Source: Eledone cirrhosa (Eukaryota). Taken from it: a stretch of 64,000 nucleotides of DNA. Under the pieces are notes generated by a model that did not search any database, was not told the DNA's origin, and saw nothing but the letters and a program-made list of their open reading frames with translations. The stretch lies in assembly GCA_964016885.1 (NCBI GenBank), contig OZ024740.1:365924001-365988000 (forward strand), read 5' to 3'. The position numbers and the translations under genes were made by a program. Shown piece by piece: positions 1 through 64,000 of this stretch. Positions within the stretch are counted from its first letter, which is position 1; each line of letters starts with the position of its first letter.

Positions 1-894
1 CACTACACACAATGTTATTTGTTCAAACTGATTTATGCTTGGCTTTTTAGTAGAAGGAAAACTGCTAAGTCAACACATTAGATCAGTAACAATCAAATAT
101 AACATATTTTGACTTTGAATCATTTATATTGTAAGAAAACTGGTATACATAACATTCTATCAACCATTTAGATGACAAAAAGAAATTACTAACAATTTGA
201 TTACAGAAGATTTTATATATTGACAGATATAGTTTTAAATTAGAGGGTTTCTTAAAAAAACACACAAATCATTGAACTTTTTTTTGCCTTACATTTTTTT
301 ATCCCTCTTTTTTTTTCTGTAGTAACACAAGTGTAATAAGATACATTTAAAAAAAATTTTGACCACTAAAGTAAGAGTATTTCGTATAGAATGAGTATTT
401 ATGGGATTAATTTAAAAAAAATTTTTTTTTACAAAATTCTTTGTGGAAAAATGAACGTTAAACGATGACATAATTATCTCTTCCTTTATTATCTTAAAAG
501 TTATAGTGAAAAGGTAATGAGAAATTCTCATGTTTGTCTTTTAAAGATTACACACAAGTGAGAATGAAAACTAGATTGAAATGATTCTTTAAGAGCTTAC
601 TGATACATGGTGCCAACCAATATGAAACTATAAGTAATAGTAAAAAGTAAAATGTAAGTCATGTTAAAATGCTGAGATTAAAATATTTGTCTAATGTTCT
701 TGACAGAATCATTCATCAATAGTAAATGAAGGGAATAAAAGGAACAGTTCTGCCCCAAATATTAGCTATTTCTTTATAATTACACACCAACACATTTCAC
801 TGAACTTTTACTGCATTAGTACTTGCTGAATCAGATTGTCAAAGTCTTCTCATAATCTAGTGATTATATTTGAAGAATAAAGAAACAAGCTTAC

Positions 895-63612
<62,718 letters not shown>

Positions 63613-64000
63613 CTGCAACAAATAAATGAGACATCCAATAAGAAATGTATTCAGTCTGTCTGCATATTTTCATTATTAATTGTTGATAATACTTGCTACA
63701 ATGGAGTGCCATGTCAATGGCTGATAAGTATTTCTAATAGTCTTTCACTGAATTTATAGATCCTAAATTGTAAATAGAGATACAAAATGATTTGTGCATT
63801 TGGTCTTTTCTCTTTAAGTTGGACAAGTGAAAGGAAAATTAGGGTAAATGCTGAAATACTATATACTATAACTAAGATGAAATTCATTTGAAAATTCTAA
63901 AATTAAAAATGAATTTCAGGAAACAACATTGAAATTGCCATTATTATTTTTTTTTTACAAATTAGGTATAACATAACAAAACAACAACAATAACAAATTC

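Overview
AT-rich, microsatellite- and SINE-dense eukaryotic DNA. The repeat families suggest a mollusc, probably an octopus-like cephalopod (inference). The whole window lies inside one minus-strand gene for a p120/delta-catenin-family armadillo protein. I traced 12 internal GT-AG coding exons from 63612 down to 895. They splice in phase into 2230 nt (about 743 codons); start and stop codons lie outside the window. The introns hold CR1 and RTE LINE fragments, many tRNA-derived SINEs, a decayed DD37D (maT) transposon, a mariner relic, piggyBac- and pogo-type MITEs, a small Helitron and an 838-bp perfect (TG)n tract. Most notable findings: (1) a CR1 3' tail with 10 clustered A-to-G changes against its sister copies, which looks like an ADAR-hyperedited RNA retrotransposed into the genome; (2) a near-perfect ~690-bp fold-back element and two other TA-associated Penelope-like repeats, each with a non-canonical hammerhead-like motif; (3) a possible in-frame alternative splice route through a 16-nt microexon just before ARM repeat 1. 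Coordinates were counted by hand, so repeat edges are approximate.
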